The notes under the pieces were generated by a model. That model saw only the letters and a program-made list of their open reading frames with translations. It was not told where the DNA came from and did not search any database. From NCBI RefSeq assembly GCF_038025025.1, contig NW_027117351.1, positions 372,001 through 436,000 on the forward strand: a stretch of 64,000 nt of DNA, given 5' to 3'. This document shows, in pieces, positions 1 through 12,816 of the stretch. Both the position numbers and the translations under genes were made by a program. Within the stretch, counting starts at the first letter, position 1, and every line of letters starts with the position of its first letter. The stretch comes from Phyllosticta citribraziliensis. Lineage: Eukaryota.

Positions 1-47
1 GGCTTCGAATAGCCAGTTGGACGCCGCGGGGCACGGTGCAGACTTAC

Positions 48-100
48 GTTCCGGGCTTCTGGTCGGGAAAAGCGGTGAAGGAGACGGTCTTGACGCTCAT
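48..100 (-). CDS. PGM2: Phosphoglucomutase, first exon only (gene runs off the left edge)
   Basis: ATG at 100 gives MSVKTVSFTAFPDQKPG(T), the typical fungal PGM N-terminus (..F.DQKPGTSGLRKK). A GTAAGT donor follows at 47. Confidence 0.85.
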
Positions 101-1230
101 GGTGATTGCTTGGGAGGTAAACGAGGGTACGATGGTGGGAGAGACGCAGGAGAGGAGTGGGTGTAGTTGTGAGTTGAGAAGAAGGAGGCGGGCGAGTTGG
201 TACGGTGGGAGGACGAGGGAGACGTCCAAGCTCATGTCCGGGCGCCCGCCGCTGCAGACCCCCTGTCACCGCGTCAACCCCACCGTCTCTGCCCTCTTGG
301 AACCCCGACGAACCTTTCCCGTCAACCAATCAAGACCATCGCGGACGACATCCTGTTACACGCGCGACTGTTGAGAGGCCATGGAGCATGATCCTCTGCA
401 CGTCGAGACGCCAACCCTGCCACCCGCCACGTCTCCAACTCTACCTCAGTCAGGTCACGACTGAGTCTTCCGCGTGCTATTTTTGACACCATGATGCCAC
501 TGAATCTCGACAGCTCCCGGTGCCATTCCCATCCATCGAACATGGTGACTTCAGGATCATCTTTCACAACTACAGGGAGCTGGAGTGATTCCGCTCCTTT
601 CCCACTTCCTCGAGAACATTAGTCTTTCATATTTCCTGCAGGAGTATCACGGCTTTTGCTTTCCAGCCACCAACAAAGTCTCGGTCATTGAGTAGCCATC
701 GCTGTCGCGAGTCTGTGGATTATGAAGAGATCAGTATGAAGATCTTTGAACACCACTCCTCTCTCTCTCTTTTCCAGTAAACTCTTCTAGCAGTCATGCC
801 TTTTTTGATCTGTTATCCTTGTGTCTCGTGGGCTGATCGTAGGTATGAGTCTACGCCAGATCTTTCTCATTTCTTTCACTATTTCTCTCCTGCCTGTTGG
901 TGGCTATATCTTGCGGCACGCGCTGGCTATTGCCACACGTGAGCCACTCCCATGCTGCTCTTTGGGCGCAGTCACCAACCGACGGAGTTGGAAAAGAGAG
1001 CCTCCCGCAGGATGTTTGTCGGCGGCCGCTCTAGAAAACACCACGCCATCGACTTGCCACAAACCAACATCGCTCAACACTTATCGTTGGAATTGCTTGT
1101 TGGCAAACGCCACCAACCGCGAACTTGATCCACGACCTCAGCTTAAATGAGAGCCTTTGAAGTTCTCGGCTAGGTTCTCCCACTACTCTCAGAGCCCGCC
1201 AGCCTCATCACTTGAGCCATCACCATCGGC

Positions 1231-1774
1231 ATGGACGACCTTCGTATTGGATTCGTTTCCCTGGACGTCGCCGCTCCCCCGACAGAAGATGTCGACGCTG
1301 AACCACACCGACATGCTCCAGCCCAGTCCATTCCCTTCATCTTGGTCGAAGACACAAGCCCAGATTCTCACCCGCTCATCGAGGAGGAAGGATCCAAGAA
1401 CAAGGTCTTCATCTACCTGGCCGGAAACAAAAAGAAGCAGGGGTTTGTCCGCCTCGTTGGGGCCATCGACTCCCACTTCACGCAGCAATTGGCGGAACAA
1501 GTGGCTGCGGAGGTCAAGAAGCCGAAATTCCTCAACGACAAGCAGAAAGCGCAGCTCAAAAAGATTGTCGTCCAGCGGTATTCGGCGGATATCGCCAGCG
1601 TCCATTTCTTTGGGAGCAACAAGAGCCTGTTGATCGCTCGCGACATCCCCTTGAATATCAGCAAGGCGTAAGTTGAGACTCGCGCAAAGATCACCCTTAT
1701 TTGACCTAACACGAAGATACAGCGAAGATGGCGAGGAGAAGCCAGAGGCCAGCACAGTGGATGCTCACCATTAG
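1231..1774 (+). CDS. Hypothetical protein, ~163 aa, 2 exons (1231-1667, 1723-1774)
   Basis: 146-aa ATG ORF with coding-like codon use. Its apparent stop lies inside a GTAAGT donor (1668), with CTAAC branch (1706) and CAG acceptor (1722). Splicing extends the protein to ...AEDGEEKPEASTVDAHH*. No family recognised. Confidence 0.6.
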
Positions 1775-2124
1775 ACTTGTTGCGTTGAAGGAGCGAAGGG
1801 GGGTTTCCTAGACATTTAACACTGAGACTGCCCATCAGCACACCACTGGGTTGAGAGCAGTTATCCAAAGATTGATATTATCGAATTGCAAAACAGGAGC
1901 TTCTCAAGCAGGCCCATTTGCTTCATTGCCAGACGTTCAAGACATCGCTTTCCCTTCCTGAGCCCAAAGTGCAGTTCACATTCACATTCACATTACCATT
2001 GGCACGTCCCAAATAGTCTAGCGACGTAGCGCTCTATATATACGCTGCTCTTTTCTTCTCTTCTCCACTACACTATCGTCACCACTGCTGATACGTCTTT
2101 TTTACAACTCTTGTGTCTCCTGCA

Positions 2125-2350
2125 CACGCGCTCGAATCCTCCTTGACAGACGTCGCACGCTCTCTTGAATCCTCCCCGTCACGCAGCGCCCGAGTCCTTG
2201 AAGCATCCGAGCCTAGCAGTACCACGCAGATTCACGAAGCCTCCCTCTTTGTTGACGTGTAAGTTCACGACAGCTCCCTGATCGGTAGCGCGAGAGTTGA
2301 CGAATGCTCCTTGTCAGTTGCCGCTCAAGTCCACGAACGCTCCCTGCACG
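2125..2350 (+). repeat. Degenerate 33-bp-period tandem array (7 units) sharing the internal motif of the MITE family
   Basis: GAA-n-(G/C)C-TCC-like cores at 2134, 2167, 2200, 2236, 2269, 2302 and 2335 (spacing 33,33,36,33,33,33). Confidence 0.75.
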
Positions 2351-2357
2351 CGCGACC

Positions 2358-3157
2358 ATGGGTCTTTCCTGCGTGCTTGCTTGTGCTTCTGTCTTGATGT
2401 CTTGCTGGCGTAAGACCCAGGCCGGCGCAAGGGAAGATGGCCATGTGGTGAGGAACCAGGCACATGGTTCGCTGCGTAATGCGCCGGTGAAGTACAAGTA
2501 CAGAGACTGCCGCTCCCGTTTCTTGCGCCGCCAACCATCTCCCATCAAGACCGGCTCCTCAATGGCGGTCCTTGACCAAGATGTCAAGGTGGTGGACTTT
2601 GCCCCAGAGGTAATCAAGTCCTCCATGAATCTACACGGACAAAGCACACTGACACGAGACAGGATACTCAACTCAATCTCGCTCCCACCCCTCTTCACCT
2701 CCCAGCGGCAACCTTCCTCCGCACGACAGCGCTTGCTCGCCACTCACCATCCTCCCAAGTCGTTGCTGCAGCCAAGGAGCTCGAGTCGCGCGTCCTACTC
2801 CCCAACTACGACGCCGACAGCCTGATGATCGTCCGCCAGGTCGACATCAACCTCTGGAAGTTTGTCCGCTCCCACGCCGAGGCCCAATTCTGCAAGCTCG
2901 GCCACCGATTGTCGATGAGTGGCTCCGTCATCACCGCATTTGACGGACACGAGTACACAAGCGCTCAGCTAAGGGAGAGATGCGGCTTCCTGAAGGGCGA
3001 ATACGAGTGGAGGGAGAGCCAGTTGGCCAAGTTTCCGCCTGGTCCTGGCAAGGAGCATCGCTTGGTTGTCATGGCGAGCATCAAGCGGCAGTATGTCAGG
3101 TACCGCTCGGATTTCACGACGAGGTTCGGTTGGGATGTCGCTCCGCTGGAGCTTTGA
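2358..3157 (+). CDS. Hypothetical protein, 2 exons (start 2358 or 2562 to 2609; 2663-3157)
   Basis: A 53-nt intron at 2610-2662 (GTAATC...CTGAC...CAG) joins ...VVDFAPE in frame to DTQLNLAP...MIVRQVDINLWKF...WDVAPLEL*. Start codon uncertain. Confidence 0.55.
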
Positions 3158-4195
3158 AGGACGTTGCTTTTGGAATGGCATGGCACGCATGGTTGGATGG
3201 CATTCTGAAGCAGGTCGTATACCCCTGGGAGGATTCCCTACTCGCATGGAATGAGGCTTTTGTCAGGGCAGCATGAATCTCATCGCAGTTTGGCCTTCGG
3301 TCTTGCTGCTCATTGCTTGCTTCATCTCTCAGCTTCACAAAAAAATAACAGTGTTGCCCATGATTGACATGTCCAAGCAACCTGAGTATCCCCTGTCCTC
3401 AGTATTCCCCATCACGCGCATCTTCCGCCAAAAAGCCCAGCACCAACACCAAAATGCAAACCCACACAACTACCTCCACCAATAACACTCACCACCGAGA
3501 AACCACTCTCCCGGCCTCAGCCACCAGCCCAAATGCAAGTCGCCACACCCAGCCACGGCCCCCTCCACACCACATACGCAGAAGATGACTCGCAGGGACG
3601 CGCCCCCTCACCCATCCCGTCAGCTCGGCATGCGCGCTGACGTCAACCACAGCCGATCAAGCGCAAACAAGCTCAAGCTTCCGTCGCCAAAGGCTTTTCC
3701 CCGCGCTAGTTACTGCACTGCGCCCCCGCGGCTCGAGTGGAGAATTTGTACTGTCCATATTGCACGGCCACAGTAAATTCGTTGTGCGGATGCTTCTTGT
3801 ATGCTTCAATTTGGAAAAGGAAGCCTCGTGTTTATATCGCCTTGGTACTTCGGGTTGAATCGAGGAATTGGAACAGTGAATGGTGCTTGCATTCATCTAT
3901 TTGCGAGCTCGTCGTGGACTCACCATTCGCAAGTCGTCGCGAGCAAAACACCAGCCCTCTCACGGACAGAAGAAACCAACGAGTTCAAAAAAGGGCAAGA
4001 GCAAGAGCAAGGGAACTCATCAAACCCATCCCTCAAAAAGCAAGAAAGAAAACAGCCACCGTTTCGACTCCATCTTTTCTTTTCCACCTCTCCCCCTATC
4101 CGCCGCGCCAACAAAGGAAAAGCGGACTCTACTACCGAAGAGTGGGAGAAGGAGCACGACACCGAGAGCGAAAGAAAAGAAAAAGAGACTCAAAA

Positions 4196-4684
4196 ATGGC
4201 GCTATGCTACCGCCTCACCATCACACTCATCAACATCCTCTTCCCGCCCCTCGCCGTCATACTCCTGACAGGTTTCGGCATGGACACATTAATCAACTGG
4301 TACATCCCCTCATCCCCTCCCCATCCCCTCTCACAACCCAACCTTTCCCTCTTCCCCCTCGCCCTTCCAACAACTCAACTCACCACCACACGCAGTCTCC
4401 TCTTCCTCGCCGCTGTCCTACCTAGCCACATCCACGGCTTCTACATCTCATGCACGTATTTCGCGCGGCGCCGGCGCGTGCGCAAGGGGCGGTGGCCGGG
4501 CGGGCCGAAGAGCTTTGTTTCGTCCGAGGATGTGCTGTGCGGAGGGGCGTCGCCAGAGGAGTTGCGGATGTTGAGGAGGGGAGGGGGGAGAGGGAGTAGG
4601 AGGGGAAGCAGGACGAGGGGAAGTAGGAGGGGAGGGAGAGGAAGGGAAAAGGATGAGGGGGAGGAGGTTGTGGTGGTGTATTAG
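4196..4684 (+). CDS. Pmp3/YqaE (RCI2-like) proteolipid membrane protein with basic, R/G-rich C-terminal extension; intron 4300-4395
   Basis: INILFPPLAV...G.G.D.LINCLLFLAAVLPSHIHGFYI is the Pmp3-family pattern once the 96-nt GTACAT...CAG intron is removed. Confidence 0.8.
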   Translation: MALCYRLTITLINILFPPLAVILLTGFGMDTLINWYIPSSPPHPLSQPNLSLFPLALPTTQLTTTRSLLFLAAVLPSHIHGFYISCTYFARRRRVRKGRWPGGPKSFVSSEDVLCGGASPEELRMLRRGGGRGSRRGSRTRGSRRGGRGREKDEGEEVVVVY

Positions 4685-5589
4685 TTCGCGGAGGGAGCGT
4701 GGACGACGACGGATCCTCCACCACCTTATATTATTGCACCACCGCACTCGGCCAAAGAGGTACACAATTTTCATTGATGATGAAGATGTTGATGATGGCT
4801 CAACGCCAGCAGCGTAACAAAGCGCTACCACCACCAAACTGCCCCAAGGTCGCAACACCAACCACAGCGCACCCACCCATCCACCCATCCATCCACCCAT
4901 CCATCTGACAAGACAATCTCGCATAAGAGTCGTACGCTAGACTAAGCCAGACGACGCCAAGGCAAGCAATGAAACTCATCGAGTCGCCTACCTAGCCATA
5001 AAGAAAACGGGAAAAAGGAGAAAGGAGGTGTCCACTAAAGCAAACAAACACCTCGACGATGAACAGCGGAGAGAAGCAAAGGTCAGAACGAATACAGGCG
5101 CTGTGTAAAAGTCGCAGCATGGGTGCGAAGAGAGGGTCGGTTTATGGTTGATTGATTGGAAGAATGATGCTGTGGTCATGGAGACAGACGTGCGGGTAGG
5201 ACGGACAGGCAGGTGTGTGTAGACTACAGGTACAGAGCCTGAGCGTTTTTTTCATCCGTCCGTTGGTTGAGGATGAGCTCTGAGGAAAATGAGAATGGAC
5301 ATGCGAGTGTGCCTGGATGGAAAGGCAATGAAGTGTCAAGGATGATGATAATGATGATGGTGAAGGTAATGACGATGACAGCGTCGATGCGTCAAACGAA
5401 AAAACACTGCCTTCTCTCTCTCTTCCCCCTCTCTCCCTTTCTCTGTTCCTCCCCAACACGCACCACTAGCCACCACCCCACCACAAAAAAACAGACGGGT
5501 CAAGAATGAAGAAAAGAGAAAAAAATAAAAGAAGCCGCATTACAGAAATAAAGCCCTCAGTCGTCCATCCATCGTGCTGTGTTCGTCAA

Positions 5590-8500
5590 TCAGCGCCGCG
5601 ACGACGCCATCTCGCCAAAGCGGCCGCGCTCCTGCGTCGTGTCGTACGCCTGCAGCACGCGCGCCTGCGACTCGTCCGTCTGCGAAAAGGCGTACCCGCG
5701 CTGCTTGCGCATGCGCTGCACCTGGCGCACCTTGCGAATCGCCTTTTGGAACTGCTCCATCCTGTTTTTCGCTACCGTCAATATGCGTTGCACGAGATGA
5801 AGGGAGAGCAGAATAACGCACCGTGGTCGGTAATCCTGAATGTTGTACTTCTGGATTTCCTGGATGTGGTGGTAGGCTTGGGGATAGTACATGCGTTTGG
5901 CACTACACTGCGTTAGCGGCCCGGATTCATCTACAACGAAGCGTCATGCACTTACTATTTCCACGCAAAGTCTCGGATGAGACACAAGCACGGCAGGACG
6001 AGGCCCATGAGCCAAAAGACGGGGCTGGTGTAGAGATGCGGAATGACGTTCCTGAGCTCCTCGGATATGCCGACCATGGGCGCCACGTAGGCGTAGGCGG
6101 GCAAGAGAACCATCCACAGGATCATTGATCCGGGGATGGCGACAAAGGTGTACTTGGTCCAGATGTTTGTGATTAGTGCCGCCTTGCCCAGGACTGTGGC
6201 AAGGGCTGCCGTGTAGAGCGCACAGCCCCACACCCAGTGTCCTGCAACTCTGCCGTCGGCCTGGGGCAGATCCCACAGGTAGATGCCTTGACTGGCAATG
6301 TAAAGGAGCAAGGAGTGGTAGAAGCCGTTGCCAACCCAGGAGAAGAAGGAGTGCATCCTGAAAAAGACACCCTTTTGGCTGAGTTGGTAGAGTTGAGGAT
6401 AGCGGTCTAGCAGGCGGGCACTGACGAATTGGTCAAAGATACCGAGGACAAAAGGCGGCATGACGGTGAAGAAGACGTTGTAAAAGGATAAGGTCCATGA
6501 CTCGTAGATGACCTCTCCCGAGAAGGCGTTTTGGAACGAGTACCAAAACTGCGTCATGAAGAGGGCAATGTTCTTGTAAAAGGAGTAGAGGATGACTTTG
6601 CTGACACGTTGGTATGACCAACTGCCGTGCACGAGGAGGAGTTTGCGGAGGAAGCGGAATTGACCAATGGCGACATCAGCGCTTCTGGCGGCTTGTAGAC
6701 CTTCCATACCAGAGATACCAACGCCGACGTGGGCAGCTTGAATCATCGATACGTCGTTGGCGCCGTCGCCGATTGCGAGGAGAATGGCTTTGAGATGGCG
6801 TTTGACGAGCTTTACAACAAGAGCTTTTTGCAGGGGAGAAACACGGCTGGGATGGGTTAGCGCTGATACTGGTTTGTTGCGAGGGAACTTACCAGCAAAT
6901 GACTGCTTTGCACATGATGGCCAAATCCAAAAACAGCTTCTCCATATCTCTCTCCAACGCATAAGTCAGACTCTTGCCGTCAATCACCAAAGCAAGGCTC
7001 TCCAGCTCCGAGGTTCCCTCGGCCTGTGACTTGATGGCATTGAGCTTCTTTTGCAGATTATCCCTAGTCCCTTCGGCATTCTCTTCGTTCACAATCAAGA
7101 GCGTCATGTCTTCACTGATAAGTTTGCAACTCATGCCAATGTTGATGGCAGTCTCCTGACGATCGCCTGTAAGGACCCAAATCTTGATGCCAGCCGTCTG
7201 GAGCGTGTGGATTGTGTCGGGCACACCATCTTGAAGCTTGTCCTCGATGGCAGTCGCTCCAAGTAGCGTCAAGTCGTGCTCAATGATTTCGGCAGCCTTG
7301 TCGAGTTCTTCTGCACGATTTCCGCCCACGGTCGTCGCCGCGGCATCAAAGACTTGTCTCCACTCTTGATACTCGTTTTCGGGGATTTCACGCATAGCCA
7401 AGCAAAGAGTGCGCAACCCTTCCGCAGCGTACTCTTCAAGGTGTTGAAGAGTAGGTTCGGCGATGGGGTTGTTACTCTTGGCTAGACGCTCCAGGATCAC
7501 GGTATCGGCACCCTTGGTGTAGCAGATGATCTTGCCGTCGGGTGCCCTGAAGAGGGTGGACATGCGCTTGCGGGTCGAGTTGAATTCGCAAACACACAGC
7601 AGCTCGTACTCGTACTCCTCGCCGTCTACGGATATGATGACGGATCTTGGCTTGCGAGCGACAAATCTGTAGTCCAGCATGACAGCACCCTCCACAAGAG
7701 CGCCCTCGTCAGGAGACGCGGCTTGGTACTTGATCGTTCCTTTCTCGTTCGTTTCGGGGATGACGGTATGACAGGTGGCGAGGAGCGTGAGGAAGTGATG
7801 GATGATGCCGCGAGATGGATGATTCGCACGATTTTCCTTCAGCCTCTTAAAGTCGTGGATACCATCGCTGTCGTCGCCAGTAGCTCTTCTGTCCTCGGGA
7901 ACCTCGTCGGCATATTGAATCCCAGCTATTGTGCATTGGCGAAATTCCATCTGATTGCATGTAAGTGTGCCCGTCTTGTCGGAGAAGATGTACTCGATTT
8001 GCCCCAATTCTTCGACTAACGAAGACGTGCGGCAATTGGCTGGGGTTCCAGTCTGCTCATAATACATGTCCAGATCCGAGCCAATCAAGAAAGCCTGGTA
8101 GTACTTGACAATCTCAATCGTGACGAAGAGTGAGATGGGCACCAAGTTGGAATAGAGAACCCAGTAGGTCAAAAGGTCGAGAAAGAATTGACCGACCAGT
8201 GCCGTGGTTGGAAGCGAAAGGTATGCAAGCTTTTGTCTGTCTCTTGAGCGGACCGTGACATCGCCGATTGAGCTAATGACGCTCAAGGTGATGAGAATAG
8301 CACCCAGCATGAGAATCTGGTAGTTTACCAGCCTCTCAACATTGGTCTTTTTGATTGGCGTAGCAGTCGCATTCCTCATGAGCTTTGTCTCGTGGCCAGT
8401 GAACACGACGACACCGTGAATCCAAGGCGTATTTCTCAGAGTGGCGCCACGGAGGAGAAGCTGGTCAGGGGCCAGGGGGAGCTCCTTTTCGCCCCCGCCG

Positions 8501-9819
8501 GTCTGAACTGTCAAGGTTGCTTCGTAGGTGTACAAGCTACTGTTTGGTTGCTCCGAGCGGATTCGGCCCCCCAAGCGGCTGAGCTCGCTGGGGCTCACGA
8601 AATCCGCCGTCTCTGGAATCGCCTGCTTGATTTTCAAGTTTGTCTCTCCGTCCAGATTGGCAGTCTCAATGTAGCAAAGACCTTCGGGCTCGGAGGATGC
8701 AAAGAGGACCAAGTCCGCCGGGAAAGATTCTTCAGACTGGACGCGCACGATATCTCCAACGGCAACATTGACCCATTTTGTTTCTTGAAAGCTGGACCCT
8801 TTGAGCACGCGGGCCTTTGAGCTATTCAGAGACTTGTCGGATGCTTTGCGTCTAAAATCTTCCACCTGTTCCTTGATCGCAGAGACGAAGAGGACCACAA
8901 TCAGGGGCGCGATTGTGGTGTACCTGTTTGTAGGAGAGATGTCGGGTATTTGTTGGATGATGGCGGTGAACAAGAAGAAAAGATTAGCGTATTTGGAGAA
9001 TTGTTCGTAGAGGAATTTCGGGAGGAAGGTGATGAGGTTGTATTTGGCCGTCGATACGTGGTTGTCGACATACTTGTTGGCAGCGTTCGCCGGGGGGTTG
9101 TTCAGGTGGATTATGCGCGGTCCAAGGGTAGATGGGTCCGGCTGTGATCTTCCAAAGCCAAACTTGAAGCCAGACTTTTGAGTCTTTTGCGCCGGAGGCT
9201 GCGCACCAGCCCCTGCAGCGGCGCTTTTGGTCGCGTCTGCATTCCGTACGCCAGCCTCGGTCAGAGGCACGTCCATCTCCGAATATTCTGGCTCAAGTCC
9301 AAGCATGTTCTTGGCGCGTCCCATCAAGCCTCCTCCTAGACTCATGATGCTGTTACGATTCCGCGCGTGGGAAACTCCGCGAGAGGCGCCTCCGTTTTCC
9401 GCGTCATAGAGTCCGCCGGCGGCATACGAGCCTTGCATAGAACTGTCATCGTCGATGTCGGTGTAGCGCTGGTAGTTGTGTAGGTCTGAAGACTGCGAGT
9501 AGATCCTCTTGCCGCCCATAGCATACGGCGACTGCGCGGATATGCGGTTTGCCTGCTCATCATCGCCGAGCGCGTGAGCTCCAGCAGCTCCAGCAGCTCC
9601 TCTGCTCCCTCCGCCGCCAACAAAATCATCGTAGGACTCGGACGGGCGGGACGGTGGGATCGCGTGTTCCGTGGGGTTGATGTCGTACTGGCGCAACAAG
9701 TCATTGTCGTCGGCCGGAGGTCGCTGGCCGGACGAGTACACGGGGCCAGAGTCGTTCAGGTCCAGAAGCAAATCATCGTCCTGGGCAGAGGCCTGACCTC
9801 CAGGAGGCCGACCTGCCAT
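5590..9819 (-). CDS. DRS2: P4-type ATPase phospholipid flippase Drs2; introns 6847-6892, 5903-5955, 5762-5821
   Basis: Motifs LDGETNLK, DKTGTLT, LTGD, GDGANDVSM and the Drs2-type C-terminal RMRKQRGYAFSQ. Canonical splice sites restore the frame (ICCRVSP; FAWKYAKRMY; DYRPRMEQFQ). Confidence 0.95.
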
Positions 9820-10463
9820 CCCAGCCAGCAAGTGCTACGCAGCTTGTTGCGCGTAGCGAGCAAGGCGGGCTGGGGAGTCTGTGAGGAGAGGAGTGGATGG
9901 CGTCGTTGGCTCTCTTGTCGAAGGGTGCAGGCGAGAGCTAGCAAAAGAGCATCCCAGAGAATGCCTTGGCCGGCGGGATGGTTCGCAGAAAGGAAGTGTA
10001 AGAAGACGGGGGTTTGCGGAGCTGGGCACAGCCCCGGGGGCTTGGCAGAGGTTGAGCGTAGGATACGAGCTGATTCGACCGGTTTGGAAAGATTCGACAG
10101 AGTCAGGACGATCGGAGACGAATAGCAGGAATGTGAAGTGGCCCGAAGCTCAAGGCCAAAGGGTGCGAGCTGAGGGCTTGGACGGATTCGGTGGCTTTGC
10201 GGAGGAGTTGCAGTGCAGCGCAGCGGTGCGGACCTCTCTGCTGCGGACCTCGACTGCGCACTGCGGACTGGCTGCTGAGGACCCTGACTGACCACGGCGC
10301 CTCCACTTTGATTGGACAAGCTGCATTCATTCATCACCACCAACAAAGACCTCGCCGTCCAAACTAATACGTCACGTTTCAAACTTTCGGCTTCGACGCG
10401 TGCCGGCCCGCGCGCTTACGCTGCAATAAACAGTGTACAATACAAAGCTACATACAACGTGCC

Positions 10464-11581
10464 TCATCGGCTCGCCAGCATGTCCCTGACGGACCGCCAG
10501 TAATACTCGCGGACCCTTTTCTCAATCTCCTCCTTTGTAAGCCACTTGAACTCTGTGAATCCCAGCGCGCCAGCCGCAAGATCCGCCTGCCCTGCCATAA
10601 TGCGCGCCCTCATGAAAAACACCTTTTCGCCAATCTGCTGCAACTTTTGTCCGTTCCGCTCCACCTCTTGCCTCTTTGGGTCCTTGGTAGACCAGGTCTC
10701 TTCAAAGTGTCCGACGGGATGATTTGCGACCAACCATGTGTTCATGTTGATACCGCCGGTCTGCACCATAAGGCGCTCCGCAGCCTAGGCATGTTAGCTC
10801 ATGACCGAGTACAAGATTGCTCAACCCACCCATTGAAGCGGCTCTTTCCCCTTGAGCTGATCCTGGGGGAACCTCCATTCTCCATTGCGTTCCCTCACGA
10901 GCAGGTAAAGCGTCCGCGACAGCTTCCTGTTCAAGCTCGTGCGGTCTTCCAACTTGTCCGCTTCCGTGAGCCTGGATTGAGGCATCTCGAGCGGTTCCTT
11001 CTTGTTCAATTCCTCCGGCCCGGTAATGCCCACGTCGTCGGCGTCCTTGAAAATGGCCTCGCGCTGATGGTCTGGCTCGCTCTCCTTGGCGCCAGTGAGC
11101 GCTTCGTCGTTCCAGCCGTTGATGTATGCATTGTAGTTGCCGATTTCCCGGGGAATCGTCTTTCTCAGCTTGATCTTGCGCTTCCACTCAATGTCTCCGG
11201 GGGTGTTTTTCGGATAGTAAAAGTAACGCGTGAAGCCCAGGGCTAACCGCTCGTTGAGGCGACGCTGGTAGAGATAGAAGGCCTTTTCGAAAGGATGCAG
11301 GTCGCGTGTGAGGACGGGTGGCCGAGAGAGAAGAAGACCGGCCGAAACTTGGTACGCCTCTTGCGGAGCAGTATCTTTGACGACGGGAGGAATTGTTGCG
11401 TCTGGTGCGGGAGCTTCGACGGGAGCAGCGGCGCTGGCGAAGCGTCGACAAGATTCACATATCGAGCTGGTTGCTGGTCTGCCTGTGCTGGGTCAGCAGG
11501 GCGTCAATGAGAGAGCCGAGTGATGGCAAATGTACCAGACCGCGAGACCAATTGCCTCGCACTCCTCTGCCCGGCGTTCAT
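10464..11581 (-). CDS. MRPL17: Mitochondrial ribosomal protein mL46 (yeast MRPL17); 3 exons
   Basis: LSRPPVLTRDLHPFEKAFYLYQRRLNERL..FTRYFYY, RTSLNRKLSRTLYLLV...WRFP, GINMNTWLV..HPVGH, KVFFMRARIMAGQ, FKWLTKEEI. Introns at 11483-11535 and ~10785-10830. Confidence 0.9.
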
Positions 11582-11960
11582 GTCAGAGGTTATGCGCGGG
11601 CAATGACGTGGGGACAAGATGTAGCTCTGCGTCCAAAAAGTTCGCTTTGCCCATTCGACGAGTCGCCGTTGGCTCGGATGGCACGTGCATCAGCACATCA
11701 CGTGTAGAGGCTTGGCGTCGGGAACAAAACTCAGAGCGCGAAAATCACAACCTCTTTTCTTCTCTCCACGGCATCTTCCTTATCACCAAGGCTACCCCTT
11801 TCTTCCATGTAGCATTGGCCATTAATCTGATGCCCAGACGGATTTCGGCAGTCTTTTCGCTAGCGGTACCTTCACATTGTCAAGGCGTACTGTTAGATAG
11901 ATCCTGCATACACTCAACCCTGGCCTTGATTCTTTGATCCAAGACACGAGATCTCGGCTC

Positions 11961-12136
11961 CATAAAACGTGTCGAAGAACTTTGACCCCTCGGTCTAGCT
12001 GCAGTTATGAACAAAAGCTCCCTGAGCGCATGTGTGGTGGCGGACGACAGCTCCCTAGGCACAACTATAGCAGCGAACGAACGCTCCATCCGTGCAGCCG
12101 CAGTGCCAGGTCTCATTTCTTTCGACACCCACCGTA
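11961..12136 (+). mobile_element. MITE family copy A (left TIR eroded)
   Basis: Right end GGTCTCATTTCTTTCGACACCCACCGTA is nearly identical to copy E. Three 33-bp-spaced cores at 12013, 12046 and 12079. Confidence 0.75.
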
Positions 12137-12816
12137 GTCTCTCGATGAAGCGTCTCAGCTTGTGCTTTTGAATACCACATCTCAGAGACTTGGCGACTGA
12201 CCGGCCTGCCCCTTTCCCAGAGTCATGTCCAGCGTTGACGTGCTAGCTGTTCGCCATGGAACGTGGAGCCCTCCTGACTGCCGCATCGACACCACATGGT
12301 CCTGGGACATTTCATTGATCAAGTTTGGCTTTTTGCGTGTTCCATTCTTCCACACACCTGAATTTAGGGACTGGATTTTACATTATCCTTCTTGCCACAA
12401 CCTCACGGATCCTTGTGGTGCATGAGTTGAAACTACATTACACGGCCTAAAAATTGGATTGCAGAGCCAGGGGACAAAACGATTCCAAGAAAAGCATCCA
12501 AAGCAAGGCAGAGACAGACAAGTCGAACATGGCAGAAAACCACACCACACCAAACCCTTGATCATCTCGGGCGAACGACTACTGGAACAACCACTCGAGA
12601 ACAAAGCCAAACAAAGCCATCTAATAAATCTTCGGCTGTCTGAATGCTACCGACTGATCCACCGCCATTATTCATAGTTGCAGTATCGCAACGCCGACGC
12701 CTGTGCTTTCGTTCGCTGCCTCAATCTAGGTCGCTTCAGAAAGCCGGGTCTGGTCAGTGTCAACATCGTCAGTATCGCCACTGCCCAGAGTACTCACCTC
12801 CACGACAAAGGACCAA

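Noticed and set aside
2125..2350. CRISPR-like interpretation of the constant-core, variable-spacer array
   Set aside because: The genome is eukaryotic, the core is only ~10 nt and degenerate, and there are no cas genes.
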